From contig JAWSUX010000015.1 of the NCBI GenBank assembly GCA_033852215.1, positions 9,586 through 73,585 of the forward strand: a stretch of DNA of 64,000 nt. The letters run 5' to 3'. Both the position numbers and the translations under genes were made by a program. Origin of the DNA: Colwellia sp. (lineage in GTDB: Bacteria > Pseudomonadota > Gammaproteobacteria > Enterobacterales > Alteromonadaceae). Below the pieces are notes generated by a model. The model had not been told where the DNA came from. It searched no databases and saw only the letters and a program-made list of their open reading frames with translations. Shown here piece after piece: positions 52,929 to 63,941 of this stretch (the first letter of the stretch is position 1; each line of letters begins with the position of its first letter).

Positions 52929-53441
52929 ATGGCAGAACAACCTAAACGACAAGGGAAACAATCCGTATTAAAGGCAGAATTTATTTCGCCCTTTTTAACG
53001 TCTGTAAAGTCGGTATTAACCACCATGGCACAAATAACGGTTGCCGCTCAGCCCCCCGTTAAGATGAATACCAATACCCCTCAAGGCGATCTTGCTGGTG
53101 TAATGGCAATGGCGACGAGTACGATTGTTGGTCAGCTCATTATCTCTTTTGAAGATAAAACAATATTGGCGATTGCCAGCAATATGTTAATGGAGAAGTT
53201 CAGTGTCATAGACGATGACATTATTGATACAGTAGGCGAAATAACCAATATGGTTACCGGCGGTGCCAAGAACTTAATGAGCGAGGAGCATAATTTCGGT
53301 ATGACTCGACCTATAGGTGTCCTGAAAAAGGACTATGATAAGCTGATATTCAATGCCCCAATTCAGATCATAGTGCCCTACCAATCCTCCGTTGGGCCCT
53401 TTTGGGTAGAAATGGGATTCTCAGAGATTCAAGACGAATAA
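52929..53441 (+). CDS. cheX: CheX phosphatase
   Basis: AEFISPFLTSVKSVLTTMA, DTVGEITNMVTGGAK (ExxN). Confidence 0.9.
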   Translation: MAEQPKRQGKQSVLKAEFISPFLTSVKSVLTTMAQITVAAQPPVKMNTNTPQGDLAGVMAMATSTIVGQLIISFEDKTILAIASNMLMEKFSVIDDDIIDTVGEITNMVTGGAKNLMSEEHNFGMTRPIGVLKKDYDKLIFNAPIQIIVPYQSSVGPFWVEMGFSEIQDE

Positions 53442-53486
53442 ATACAGACAAGAAGCATTCGCTGAAACCTAACTTTGAGATGTAAG

Positions 53487-53512
53487 TTTGCCGGATCTCA
53501 CGGCAAAATTGC
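53487..53512 (+). terminator. Possible terminator after cheX
   Basis: TTTGCCG-GATCTCA-CGGCAAA hairpin; weak U-tract. Confidence 0.35.
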
Positions 53513-53717
53513 TTGTGGCTGAACTCTCTTCACGCTTAATATCGGCGATTTGACGCTAAGCTAGAAACTACCTTAAGTTCGCCGCTGAATGTTTTTCGAA
53601 CAGAACGTCTCCCTGACGTCAAACCCCGCATTTTTATTCTGAATTCCCTCGAAAGTGTCCTAGCTGTCCCCTCCCATTTTCGCTATTCTTTGGCCCCCTG
53701 AAGGTAAATGCCAGAAT

Positions 53718-55229
53718 ATGTTTTTCACAGACGAACGCCTGCACTTTTTTAAGCCCCTATCGAGCAAATACCGAGAGCAAATCGTACAGTGTGTACGCCT
53801 CTTGTATCAGCGCCAGTACAGTGCTGTAGCCGATTATGGTCAGTCGCTGAACCGAGATCAGCTGGTAGAGATTCTCGAAGAATCCCTTGCTAGATCTAAG
53901 AACTTGGTCCTTGACGACGACGGAGAGGATCAAGAGCGCTTCAAAAACCACCGCGAGCACGCCAACTGGGTACTCAAGCAGTTATTGGACTGTGGTTGGG
54001 TCGAGCGCCAGGTGGATACGGCAACCCTTCAATCGACCTTTCCATTTACCCGTTTGGGTCGAATATTCTCCTTAGCGCTTATCGAATCCGACAATACCCA
54101 GGTTCGCACCCGTCACCGGAACACGCGGAACACGCTCAACGCATTAGAAGCTTTTCTGAATCGTGGTGAAGTGTATGACTTGCTCGATGCCTTTGAGTAT
54201 TCCGAGCGGATTGTTACCGATTTTACCGACGTCATCGCAGAGCTAGAAGACCGCAAACGTGAGCTAGTCAGAGAGGTCGAGTCACAGCAGTTAGTTCAGC
54301 AAGCCTCAGACCACTTCTTCGACTTTATGGAAAAGCGTTTTCAACCGGATATATCCGTGCGTCTATCGGCTGATAGTGTTGAAAAACATCGCGAAGATAT
54401 CAATAAAACGATTGCCAAAATCCGGCGTAAGCAGAAAGCCTTTAAACACGATACCGAAAAAGAGCTGCGCAGGACGGTTCCCGATATCTGTGAACATGAC
54501 CAGTCTTATCTTTGGTTCATACTGGATTCAATCGAAAGGCACATGCGCAATGCGGCTGAAATTATGCTGCCTGCCCTACGCCGAGCGCTGCACAGCTTCA
54601 CCAAACGTGCCGACATTATTATTCGTCAAATTAGCTATATGAACAGCCAACATAGCAACGACTTGCTGGATGTGTGCAAAGAGTTATGCGACCTCCCCGA
54701 AAAAGAATACGAAGCGCGCCTAGCGAATGCCGCCGTCGCAATGTCGACAATAAAATTACAATTTGTCGACCCTCAACAAGTTAAATTGAACGAGCGCAAG
54801 AAAAAGGAAATTGTTGATAGCAGTGTTCACGAAAACTTCAGCATTGATGAAGTCGCTCAGCGTGAAATAATGATTCAACAATTGCTCGATCAAGCTTTTC
54901 TGATTAATGAAAAAGGCCTTCGCAACTATGTGCTCAACGCTCTGCGTTCTGAAAAGAAGGTTTTCACTGGGACTTTAGCGGTTAACGAAGCGCATGATCT
55001 TTTAGCCTTAGCGCATGTAATCGAAGTGGGAGCTGTCTCCGGTCGTAGCTCCGACTTAGTGTTTAAGGTCGAGCCAACCGGCAAGCGCATCGAAAATTCT
55101 GAGTACTACCACGCCTTCGACGAATTCACGATTGAGTTGATTAAGGGTGAAGATGATAACCGTAACGATCGCAAAAACAATGGCGATACCGATCAAGATG
55201 AGAAACCGAAAAGTGAGCGGGTTAGTTAA
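53718..55229 (+). CDS. jetA: Wadjet/Mks kleisin subunit JetA (MksF-like)
   Basis: FFKPLSSKYRE N-terminus, winged-helix-like LLDCGWVE, ~500 aa, first of three coupled genes ending in an SMC ATPase. Confidence 0.75.
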   Translation: MFFTDERLHFFKPLSSKYREQIVQCVRLLYQRQYSAVADYGQSLNRDQLVEILEESLARSKNLVLDDDGEDQERFKNHREHANWVLKQLLDCGWVERQVDTATLQSTFPFTRLGRIFSLALIESDNTQVRTRHRNTRNTLNALEAFLNRGEVYDLLDAFEYSERIVTDFTDVIAELEDRKRELVREVESQQLVQQASDHFFDFMEKRFQPDISVRLSADSVEKHREDINKTIAKIRRKQKAFKHDTEKELRRTVPDICEHDQSYLWFILDSIERHMRNAAEIMLPALRRALHSFTKRADIIIRQISYMNSQHSNDLLDVCKELCDLPEKEYEARLANAAVAMSTIKLQFVDPQQVKLNERKKKEIVDSSVHENFSIDEVAQREIMIQQLLDQAFLINEKGLRNYVLNALRSEKKVFTGTLAVNEAHDLLALAHVIEVGAVSGRSSDLVFKVEPTGKRIENSEYYHAFDEFTIELIKGEDDNRNDRKNNGDTDQDEKPKSERVS

Positions 55230-55892
55230 ATGCTAGAAGACCTATTAAAAGAATCTCTCAATAAACTCAACATCACCAACGATGAGTTTTCCGAACTGAT
55301 GATACGCTTACTCGACTACGGCGTTATTAACCGCGATGAAAGTTTAATCGAAGGCAAACTGTACGACCGCTACATTCAATGTTCAGAGATGGTTGAAGAC
55401 TACCTTTCGGTCATCAAGGTTAGAATTTTACACGATCAAAAGTTTTGTTTTATTCGAATATTTCCGCCCGGTGCCGTCGTGCCGGGAGTCGCTGATGATG
55501 AACACAACCCGTTCAACAGTGGCTTTCGAGTGAAACCTACACAGCAAGAAGTTGCGGTGATACTGGTGTTGCGTGTTGAGTATGAAAAATCCCTACGTGA
55601 AGGTCAGGTCGACGACAAAGGCTGCGTACTGCTTCCGCTTGAGGGCCTCACGATATCGCTAACGAACTTATTAAAACGGGCGTTACCCGACAGTTTGCAT
55701 GAGAGAAAAAACCTCTTTAAGCGACTAAGGCAGTTACGATTGATTGATTTTAATAGTGAAACAGAAATGGAATCTTCTGATTGCTGGATCAGCATTCAAC
55801 CGTCAATCACCAGCTTTGTGAATGACGACGTTCTCTCAGAACTGTATCCCGACGATGACGTAACCACGACGGAGTCTGCTGATGTTTTGTAA
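55230..55892 (+). CDS. jetB: Wadjet/Mks KITE subunit JetB (DUF4194-like)
   Basis: 220 aa; [11 protein letters not shown]; [11 protein letters not shown]; lies between jetA and jetC. Confidence 0.75.
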   Translation: MLEDLLKESLNKLNITNDEFSELMIRLLDYGVINRDESLIEGKLYDRYIQCSEMVEDYLSVIKVRILHDQKFCFIRIFPPGAVVPGVADDEHNPFNSGFRVKPTQQEVAVILVLRVEYEKSLREGQVDDKGCVLLPLEGLTISLTNLLKRALPDSLHERKNLFKRLRQLRLIDFNSETEMESSDCWISIQPSITSFVNDDVLSELYPDDDVTTTESADVL

Positions 55893-58800
55893 AAAAGGTA
55901 TTTACGTCAACTGGGGTAACATTCCTCACCTTGAATTCGATTTTGGCCCCATCAACTTGTTTTCTGGCGGTAACGGTTCAGGTAAAACAACAGCGGCAGA
56001 TGGCTTACAGTCTTTGATGACCGCAGCACACGAAAACCTTTTTACCTATAACCCAGGCCAAGATGAAACCACCCAGCGTGGCCGTGGTGGTAAACAGGTC
56101 CGTACCCTCGCCTCCTATGTGCTGGGGTGTGATGATGGCAGTTATGCGCGCATGCGTTTAACCGACGGTTACGTTGCGGGTGTGTTCCACCCCACCACTG
56201 GCGAAACTGGAGATGGTTTTACTGCCGTAATGGGTGTTCGCGCTCGTTTAGATGCCGCAAGTTCACCGAGGCAAGCTCGCCAAGATGAACTTGTATTTCT
56301 CATTATTCCGAATCAAGAACTCACGCTTGCGCATTTTGTACGTGAAGATTCGGGTGGTAAATATGTCGTTCCCATTACCGATATTGCAGGCTTACTTAAA
56401 AAGGAGTTTGGTAAAGACTCAGTTGAAATTTACGATAAGAAAGGCCCCTATTTGCGACGCCTCTATGGAGCTTTTCGTGGCTTAAAAGGCGCAGTTCCCG
56501 ACCGTGAAGCCAAGCATGCGGCACGTACCTTTTCTAATTTTATGGCCTATAAGCCGGTCAAAAGTATTACCGAATTTGTTTCTCGTGAAATTCTAGACCC
56601 AAAAGACCTCTCTGAAGATATCCGTCAAGTCTCAGAGTTAATGAAAACCATCCACAGCATGGATGAAGAAACTCGACATATTAAACTCGCTATCGACAGC
56701 CTCGATACCGCACAGGGATTGGCGGGGCAATATATTGACGATTGGTTAGGGCACTGTGTCGGTGAATACAGTGAAGCATCACGTCAATTGTTGGTTAAGC
56801 AGCAAGAATACTTGGTTCAAAAAGGCAGTCAAAAAAATAATCTTGATGCCATTGATAATACCGACGTACAACTGAATAAAATCAGTGAGCGCAAACAATT
56901 AATTCATGCTCAACTCATCGAATTAGAAGCAAAGCGTCAAGGAGTCTCTGCGTTAAAAGATAAGGACCAGTTAGAAAAAGATATTGAAGTGGCCAAATCT
57001 CAGCTTGTGCAGCAAGTAAAGCCCCTACTACAGCAGGATCAACAGTTTGCTAAAAACTACCAAGCTGCAGGACAACTTTATCGCGCACTTTCAGAAATGT
57101 CATTGGCCGTGGATATTCCGACCTTCGACAGCAGTGTCTTTCGTCGTCAACTTAAGACCGTCATCGATGGGCCTAAGGACACCGGCCTTAACATGCAGCA
57201 ACTACTGACCAAAGATTGGGTCGGCATAGATGCCCTAGAGCATCAGCTAGGGCAAGTGAATCAACTTGAAATAGCCCACGTCAATTTGGCTGAAACCTTA
57301 CACAACGCAGATGGTGAGCTGCAAAAAGTCAGTATTCGTGATCAATTATTTTCATTAGCGAATGCAAAAAAAGACCAGAGAATTAAGGTTAAGCAGCAGT
57401 TAAACGCGAAAGAACTCGAAATCAAACAGCTTGAAAATCATCAAGTAAGCTACCCGCCCCATGTGGACGCCGCGATTGCCGCGATAGAACAACAATGTCC
57501 CGACGCGAAACCCTGCGTACTTTGTGATTTTATTGAAGTAATTGACGAACGTTGGCAGATGGCGATTGAGGGGTATATAGGCGGCGCTCGATTTTCAATT
57601 ATTGTCGAGCCTGAATACGAAGCCGAGGCGATACGTATCGTCCGACGAATGAAAGGCGGGCGAAACTCTGCACGCATTATTCAAGGCGCAAAAGTTCAGC
57701 GTGATGCCGCAAAAGCGAATACGCCGAACCAGTCAATTTTTGAAGTGATGGAGTTTGAACACAAAATAGCGGAATACTACGTGAAGGCTTCATATGGTTC
57801 CGTTGTTCGTGTTGGCAATGAGGATATGCTGAGAAAGACCGCTCGGGGAATTACCGTCGAGGGTTTGGGTTCTGGAAATTACAGCATGTTTCGCTGTGAC
57901 GTAAGTGATAGTAATCTCGTTTTTGGGCAAGGCGCTCGCGTTCGCGCAATGCAGGCCAAGCTCAATGAATGTGAGAACTTGCTTGAGCAAAATCAAAAGA
58001 TCGAAAACGCTTATCGACAGACGGCCCGAGCTCATGACCTGGTCAATCAAATTCAATCAGTCAAATGCGGCAATATTATCAGCGACATGCTGACTCAATA
58101 TCGACGCTTGCAAATGGCTGAAACACAACTTACGAATTTGGATCTGAGTGATTTTGATGAACTGGAAGCCCACCTCAATGACTTGAAAAGTGAATACGCT
58201 TTGGTAGAGGGAGAAATTAAGAGCCTTACTGAAGAGCGTGGTGGCTTTGTCAGTAGAATTAAGACCTTTGACAACCTCATTCATAAATTAAGCAAAGAGC
58301 AGGATGATTGTCAAGAAGCGCAAGAAGCTCAAGAATCTTCCGTAATCGACGCGAGTAAGTTGTACCCCAGTTTTGATGCCGAAGCAGCCCTCAGTCAAGC
58401 GGATGATAGTGCCGCTGCGGCAAAGTCAAACTTTGACTTTGGCTCGGACAATACAGATTGTTTATCGCGAATGGAAAAGTCCGATCGTCAGTTATACGAA
58501 ACCGTTATGCAGTACAACCAAACCAGTAACGCCCATAATAATGTTGTGTACTTTACCGGGAATTCTGTTAAAAACGATTCACAGCATTTTAAGCATATTA
58601 TCGCCCTTTCTCAGCAAATTGCGGGCATATACAACAGCTTAAAAAATAACGTATTGGTGGGTAAGCACGAAAAACTTTCGGCATTAAAAGACAGTTTTAA
58701 TACTGCCTTTGTGACCAATCTTTGTCACTCGATCTTTCAATCGATTAATGATGGGAAACGAATTTTAGAAGATCTCAACAAAGAATTAGAACAACATATC

Positions 58801-59523
58801 TTTGGCGCCGATCGAGAAAAATTTAGTTTTGGATGGGAGTGGGTTCCAGAATTTCAGGAATATTGGAAGTTCTTTAACGAAGTGATAGAAGCCCCGAATT
58901 TGGGCGATGGCAGCACCCTATTCGACGCAGACCTCAGTGAAAAGTCCTGTCAGGTTAGGGATAATTTGTTAGCGATGTTGTTGGATAAAGATACCCAGTA
59001 TGCGCTGCGAGAGCTACAACGCATCAGCGACTATCGACATTACAGACGGTATGAGATATACAAAGAACCCCTCAATAAAGCCCGCATTGCTTTAAGTAAG
59101 TACGGAACAGGCTCCGGTGGACAACTCGAAACACCCGCCTACATCATTCGTTCAGCTGCAGTGACATCCGCCTTTAAGTTTGCTGAAGGTAGCTCGCACT
59201 GTCGTATGGTGTTGGTTGATGAAGCCTTTTCTAAAATGGATGAGACGCGATCTCGCGAGGTCATTAATTACCTCACCTCAGCCTTGGGCCTTCAACTTAT
59301 CTTTATTATGCCCACCAGTAAGTCGGGGCCATTTATGGATCTTATCAGCAACCAAGTTGTTTTTACCAAGTGCCCGACAAGTGAAAAAATTGGCGAGTTG
59401 AGCTCCCGAGTTCTTGTCGATCGAAAATCTTGTAACCAAGATAAAATTAAAGAACTGTGGGCAAACCATCGGAAAACGATTCGACAGCAGGCAATGTTAG
59501 ATTTTATGGAAGATATTGTTTGA
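55882..59523 (+). CDS. jetC: SMC-like ATPase JetC (MksB-like)
   Basis: VNWG, Walker [10 protein letters not shown], long coiled coils with a hinge, GSGGQ signature, Walker B VLVDEAF. Confidence 0.85.
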   Translation: MFCKKGIYVNWGNIPHLEFDFGPINLFSGGNGSGKTTAADGLQSLMTAAHENLFTYNPGQDETTQRGRGGKQVRTLASYVLGCDDGSYARMRLTDGYVAGVFHPTTGETGDGFTAVMGVRARLDAASSPRQARQDELVFLIIPNQELTLAHFVREDSGGKYVVPITDIAGLLKKEFGKDSVEIYDKKGPYLRRLYGAFRGLKGAVPDREAKHAARTFSNFMAYKPVKSITEFVSREILDPKDLSEDIRQVSELMKTIHSMDEETRHIKLAIDSLDTAQGLAGQYIDDWLGHCVGEYSEASRQLLVKQQEYLVQKGSQKNNLDAIDNTDVQLNKISERKQLIHAQLIELEAKRQGVSALKDKDQLEKDIEVAKSQLVQQVKPLLQQDQQFAKNYQAAGQLYRALSEMSLAVDIPTFDSSVFRRQLKTVIDGPKDTGLNMQQLLTKDWVGIDALEHQLGQVNQLEIAHVNLAETLHNADGELQKVSIRDQLFSLANAKKDQRIKVKQQLNAKELEIKQLENHQVSYPPHVDAAIAAIEQQCPDAKPCVLCDFIEVIDERWQMAIEGYIGGARFSIIVEPEYEAEAIRIVRRMKGGRNSARIIQGAKVQRDAAKANTPNQSIFEVMEFEHKIAEYYVKASYGSVVRVGNEDMLRKTARGITVEGLGSGNYSMFRCDVSDSNLVFGQGARVRAMQAKLNECENLLEQNQKIENAYRQTARAHDLVNQIQSVKCGNIISDMLTQYRRLQMAETQLTNLDLSDFDELEAHLNDLKSEYALVEGEIKSLTEERGGFVSRIKTFDNLIHKLSKEQDDCQEAQEAQESSVIDASKLYPSFDAEAALSQADDSAAAAKSNFDFGSDNTDCLSRMEKSDRQLYETVMQYNQTSNAHNNVVYFTGNSVKNDSQHFKHIIALSQQIAGIYNSLKNNVLVGKHEKLSALKDSFNTAFVTNLCHSIFQSINDGKRILEDLNKELEQHIFGADREKFSFGWEWVPEFQEYWKFFNEVIEAPNLGDGSTLFDADLSEKSCQVRDNLLAMLLDKDTQYALRELQRISDYRHYRRYEIYKEPLNKARIALSKYGTGSGGQLETPAYIIRSAAVTSAFKFAEGSSHCRMVLVDEAFSKMDETRSREVINYLTSALGLQLIFIMPTSKSGPFMDLISNQVVFTKCPTSEKIGELSSRVLVDRKSCNQDKIKELWANHRKTIRQQAMLDFMEDIV

Positions 59524-59722
59524 TGATCGCCCAGTCATTAGCGCGACCAGCCTGTTCGTGATAATCAGCGACCTTGGGGTAAACGTGACCGTTGCTTTTA
59601 CCTTAAGCGCTTATTTATTTTGCCTAGCCTTGTATCGCGCACCACTTGAGATTTCTATGGTTGCTTGAAAAATTGGGCTCTGGTTTACCCGGCTGGGTTA
59701 CTCCATTTGAGAGGCTCTTTTA

Positions 59723-60679
59723 TTAGCTATTTCCGCACAAAGGTAACCCATCTAAGCCATGAATAGAATTTTTACCGCTACATTTTGCATTATAGAGTGC
59801 TTCATCGATCAGTTTAAAAATAGTATCAAAATCGGAAATTTCATCTGGATGAATATGTTTTACTCCAATTGAGTTGGTACAGACCAACCCTGTGTTGCCA
59901 AGTACGGTATGGATTGCGTCATTAATTTTAGTGTGCGCCGAAGTAATGATGTCGCGTGCGCTTTCTTTATCATTAGTCATGAATTGCAGAGCAAATTCAT
60001 CGCCTCCAATTCGCATACAGATATCATCAGGACGATGAAGCAACTCTTTTAGTATTTTGGCTACAGCGATCAGTACAGTGTTTCCTTGGTCGTGACCTAA
60101 ACCATCATTGACAGTTTTAAATGAGTCCAGATCAATGATCGCTACATTAAGTAACTTTTTATTTCGTTTGGCTCGAGCAATATCCCTTGAAAAGTTTTCT
60201 ACAAAATATCGATAATTGTGTAAGCCAGTGAGATAGTCATGGTGTGCGTCGAAATCCAGTTTCTTTATCTGAGATATATCAATCGAGACTGCACAGGTAC
60301 CAATCAAATCATCTGACTTTCCCAATAGTCTAAATTTTGTAGTGTGATAAGAATGGATTTTTCCATCTTTGTGTCGGACTTGTTCTTCTGCTTGAATGGG
60401 GTCAACAGAATCTTGTGCCTTTAGATCATTACACCAAAGTTCGTCAGCAATCTCTTTCGGAAACAAGTCATAGACATTTCTATTAACATAGTCTTTTGGG
60501 GCTGGGCCATCGAGCAGCCTAAATTGAGAGTTTGTAAAGAGTATTTTGCCAGAGGTGTCTTTTGCTGAAATTAACAGTGGCGCATTGTCCAAAATCGAAT
60601 CTAGCAATCGGCTTTTCTCTCGAAGCGTTTCATTTTCAGCTGCTAAACTAGCGATCAGTTGGTCTTTAGATTCGCTCAC
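59723..60679 (-). CDS. PAS-GGDEF diguanylate cyclase
   Basis: PAS (AKDTSGKILFTN), DYLTGL, DLDSFK, RPDD, GGDEF. Confidence 0.92.
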   Translation of the reverse strand: MSESKDQLIASLAAENETLREKSRLLDSILDNAPLLISAKDTSGKILFTNSQFRLLDGPAPKDYVNRNVYDLFPKEIADELWCNDLKAQDSVDPIQAEEQVRHKDGKIHSYHTTKFRLLGKSDDLIGTCAVSIDISQIKKLDFDAHHDYLTGLHNYRYFVENFSRDIARAKRNKKLLNVAIIDLDSFKTVNDGLGHDQGNTVLIAVAKILKELLHRPDDICMRIGGDEFALQFMTNDKESARDIITSAHTKINDAIHTVLGNTGLVCTNSIGVKHIHPDEISDFDTIFKLIDEALYNAKCSGKNSIHGLDGLPLCGNS

Positions 60680-61419
60680 GCGTCACTCCAAGAATTATAG
60701 TGTTTTTAGCGTTTTGATCAGTTCCGTAATACGGACTAAATCCAAAAGTAAAGTTAGCATATGAGACGCCATTATGTAATGGATCGTACAAAATACAGTG
60801 TAGCTTCCGTATCGATTATTTCCACATCATAGCCATACAAAAAATCATTCCCAACCTATACTACGCTTCTGATTTGCCACGCTTGGATGCACGTGTTTTT
60901 AAATCGATATGGCGCCTAAAAACTTTTCTTCGGGCTCTTTATTCACGCAACATATGGCAATAAGTGAAAAACATATAAATCTTCGGCCTCGATGCGGGAA
61001 TTAGGCGTCAATGATCCTGTCCTGTACGCGGCAACCAACTTGGCCTGTTGCAGGTAAAGTTCGGGCACCATAGAGTTCTCCGGAGGAAGATAAGATGCCG
61101 GGTAAATGAGTGATAGCAAAACAGATTGAGGTATACCGAATGGCTAGAAAAGACGGTTTCACTCAAGCAATTTCCGCGGCTAAATCAGGAGCCTTAGAGC
61201 GCTCCGGGCATCGAATCGATGATGATTCGTTAAACCCCCACTCTAAGCATGTAGGCCAAAACACCAGAGAATACCCATTACGTAACCGTGTAGGGGGCAC
61301 AATTGCATCCATTAGAGGTCAATCGTGCGCCAACACTGTTGACTGATCACGTCCCGGTTAGCTCTGGCAGAAATAAAAGCGCTTAAATAGAAACGCTTGT
61401 TAAGTACGCTTGCGATGTA

Positions 61420-62109
61420 TTATTGCTGTATTGTCTTCCCTTCTTTCATTTTTCCACTATTTTTTTCACTGTAATATTTTCTCCAATCGTCCTGCGACCA
61501 CCCTTCAATGCACCCTAAATATGCTGCTTGAGCTTGCTCACAACTGCTGCCTTCATCTTCACAGTAATTGGGTTTTATGCAGTCCTGATTTGTTTGGATG
61601 TCTGTAGTGTTTTGTGGACTACCCTGTACTGAAAGATTCTTGCTGCCCAAATGCAAGTCTATGACCGAGCTAGCCCCGCCCGTTAAATTGCGACCATCTC
61701 TAAAGGCGTTTGAATTGGTTAACTTTTCGCGTCTTTTTCTATCCTTCAATATGGCTTTATAATCTGCTCTTTTAGAGGCAGCCATAACAGATTGTGTTTT
61801 AGCTTCGCTAGCTGCATCCTGATCGAACCAGTACAGCATCTTTTTAATCTCTGCTTCTGTGTATATTCGTGTTCCATTATGGAAAGTGACTTGAGAAACT
61901 TCTCCCTCAGCTGAGGTGAGGGTTCCGAAACCATGTTCTTTCCCATACAAAAATGTTCCTTTGTACTTACTGCCATCAGGATACCTGTAAACGCCTTCTC
62001 CATAAGCCTCCCCATACCGTAAACCACCGGAGTACGGACCGGAACTACAGCCAGAAATACACAAACCAAATATAACTATGCACGCAAATAGAAACGGTTT
62101 TTGTTGCAT
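61420..62109 (-). CDS. MORN-repeat lipoprotein (cassette gene)
   Basis: Lipobox ISGC; YSGG..YGEAYGEGVYRYPDGSKYKGTFLYGKEHGFG. Bounded by GTTAAGT (62142-62136) and ACTTAAC (61405-61399) on the minus strand. Confidence 0.75.
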   Translation of the reverse strand: MQQKPFLFACIVIFGLCISGCSSGPYSGGLRYGEAYGEGVYRYPDGSKYKGTFLYGKEHGFGTLTSAEGEVSQVTFHNGTRIYTEAEIKKMLYWFDQDAASEAKTQSVMAASKRADYKAILKDRKRREKLTNSNAFRDGRNLTGGASSVIDLHLGSKNLSVQGSPQNTTDIQTNQDCIKPNYCEDEGSSCEQAQAAYLGCIEGWSQDDWRKYYSEKNSGKMKEGKTIQQ

Positions 62110-62174
62110 TATATTTTCCTCAAATGTTAAGTTTCACTTAACGCCCGCAGTTCCGCAACCTACGTTTCTTATCT

Positions 62175-62516
62175 TTATTCAATTGAAAAATATTCTTCTC
62201 TTATGATTTTTTGGTTCTTCCAAGTTTGGACATGCTTACCGGTAAATTCAGTGATTTTCGAGTCAGTACATGTCATTTTGTAATTGAAGGTTAGCTCAAC
62301 AGTATTGCCTCTAATTTCTTTTGAAGCCAACTTTACATCAAACGCGCTGATGGACTCGACGAAATGTTTTTGCTTGTCATATGACTCTCTCATGGATGTT
62401 GCGAAAATAGTTCCATCATTTATCATGACAACCTTTTCATCGTAATACTTTTCGCATAACTCCAAAATTAGCCCTGCTTGATTCATTTTTACAAAACCAT
62501 CTATCAGTTCACGCAT
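62175..62516 (-). CDS. SnoaL/NTF2-like protein (probable cassette gene)
   Basis: ELCEKYYDEKV...QTWKNQKIIREEY. Confidence 0.7.
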   Translation of the reverse strand: MRELIDGFVKMNQAGLILELCEKYYDEKVVMINDGTIFATSMRESYDKQKHFVESISAFDVKLASKEIRGNTVELTFNYKMTCTDSKITEFTGKHVQTWKNQKIIREEYFSIE

Positions 62517-62818
62517 AAAATTCGATCCTCGACATCATAATTTGGAGCCAACTTTGAGACGCGTTTTTTTCGCTCTCTAGTTTAGCGTTTTACTAGGCAG
62601 TAGCATGCTACGCTGAACGAACATGGTTTGTAGTAACGTCCGCAATTATTTTTTCGTCTAGGTTTGCAACCATAGTACGTACTACACTAACCGTTCGCCC
62701 CTTTTTCAAGCGCGTTTAATCGGACACCCACCTTAGCCAGCCCTTAAATTTCACCAAAAGATTCAATATGACGCTGTACCCCACATAAAAAGTGTTTGTC
62801 CTGTTTATATTAAGGTAC

Positions 62819-63373
62819 TTACTCATATTCAGTGACAAACTTTTCGTAAGTAACCATTGATGACTTATAGGCTTTCTCGGTACGAGAACTTAGCACAAAC
62901 ACTAAATAGTACTCATTTCCATCAGCGTCTTTTTCTTCACTGTATGAAGCACGCTCCCAATTACCATTGATTTTTGGGATAAATGAATAGCATCGAAATT
63001 TTAGGCCGCTTTTACTGGTTAAAGCTAATATTTCTTTGATGGATAGTTCTGGGTTTGTTTTCAGAAAGCGATTTTTGTCATTGGTAATGAACTGCTCCAA
63101 ACTCTTTGTGTCCGGCTCTCTAAGTTTATAAATGGCTTTAGCATAAATAACGGATTCAGCGTTGCCAAAGTTAAAGCCAACTGGTGCTTGTGCATTTAAT
63201 GAATAGCGATAGCTATTTCGATTGTCTTGCTGCCAGCCTTCTATTCTAGGTAGCTTAGGCCACCAATAAAAACACATTTCCCCTGATTCGTTGCAAACAG
63301 TTGTCTCGCGGTGAATCTCAGCACTTAGAACACAGGAAAATGACAGAACTATGAAAATGAATAGATATTTCAT
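62819..63373 (-). CDS. Secreted hypothetical protein (cassette gene)
   Basis: True start is ATG 63373 just after the attC R' box; signal peptide MKYLFIFIVLSFSCVLSA. Confidence 0.75.
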   Translation of the reverse strand: MKYLFIFIVLSFSCVLSAEIHRETTVCNESGEMCFYWWPKLPRIEGWQQDNRNSYRYSLNAQAPVGFNFGNAESVIYAKAIYKLREPDTKSLEQFITNDKNRFLKTNPELSIKEILALTSKSGLKFRCYSFIPKINGNWERASYSEEKDADGNEYYLVFVLSSRTEKAYKSSMVTYEKFVTEYE

Positions 63374-63378
63374 GGGTA

Positions 63379-63453
63379 CCTTAACGCCCGCCATATTGGG
63401 CCGAACGAAGTGAGGTCCAGCCCGAAGGGCGAACAATGATGGCTTGGTTAAGT
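63379..63453 (-). repeat. Complete attC site (75 bp)
   Basis: Minus strand: R'' ACTTAAC CAAGCCATCATTG...CCCTTCGGG...CAATATGGCGGGC R' GTTAAGG; imperfect hairpin. Confidence 0.88.
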
Positions 63454-63566
63454 GTTTTCATCTTTTACTCTAAAGGCTTCTATTGGACTTGATAATTTAT
63501 TGCCAGATATTCCGCTCTTAATATAAAACAATTTCGGCGTAGTGTTTTCATCGGTTACGATGTTTG

Positions 63567-63935
63567 TTAAATGCTTTTGGTTGAACGTTGCAAGTAAACA
63601 TTTATGCCTCTTGTTGCTAGCCCAGCAATGAGTGGGATTATGCAGAGAAATACGCTGGTAAATAATAGTAATACTGCCCAAGCTATTGCTCCGCTTGAAC
63701 CAAAAATAAAAGCATAGCTATTTTGACCTAGATATAAGCCGATGACGCTTAGCAGGATCGTTTTTATATTTGAGCGCCAACCTATAAATGAAACATAAAA
63801 AAGCATAATAATTTGCCCGATAGCAAAGCCTATGCCTGTATCAAAAGGCTCAAATCTATCGGATACCAATGGGCATATAGCCCAGCTTAGTGCGCCCAAA
63901 ATAATACTAATTATGAAAATAACTGATTTATTCAT
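63567..63935 (-). CDS. Four-TM membrane protein (cassette gene)
   Basis: Hydrophobic ORF; starts 6 nt after GTTAAAT, and its stop lies inside ATTTAAC. Confidence 0.8.
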   Translation of the reverse strand: MNKSVIFIISIILGALSWAICPLVSDRFEPFDTGIGFAIGQIIMLFYVSFIGWRSNIKTILLSVIGLYLGQNSYAFIFGSSGAIAWAVLLLFTSVFLCIIPLIAGLATRGINVYLQRSTKSI

Positions 63936-63941
63936 GTGTGC

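Noticed and set aside
60950-61380. ORF 61110..61346 and minus-strand frames as a further cassette gene
   Set aside because: No recognisable motif, RBS or core boxes; possibly decayed coding DNA but unsupported.
63374-63436. N-terminal extension MFALRAGPHFVRP of ORF 62819..63436
   Set aside because: It is a translation of the attC site; the real start is ATG 63373.
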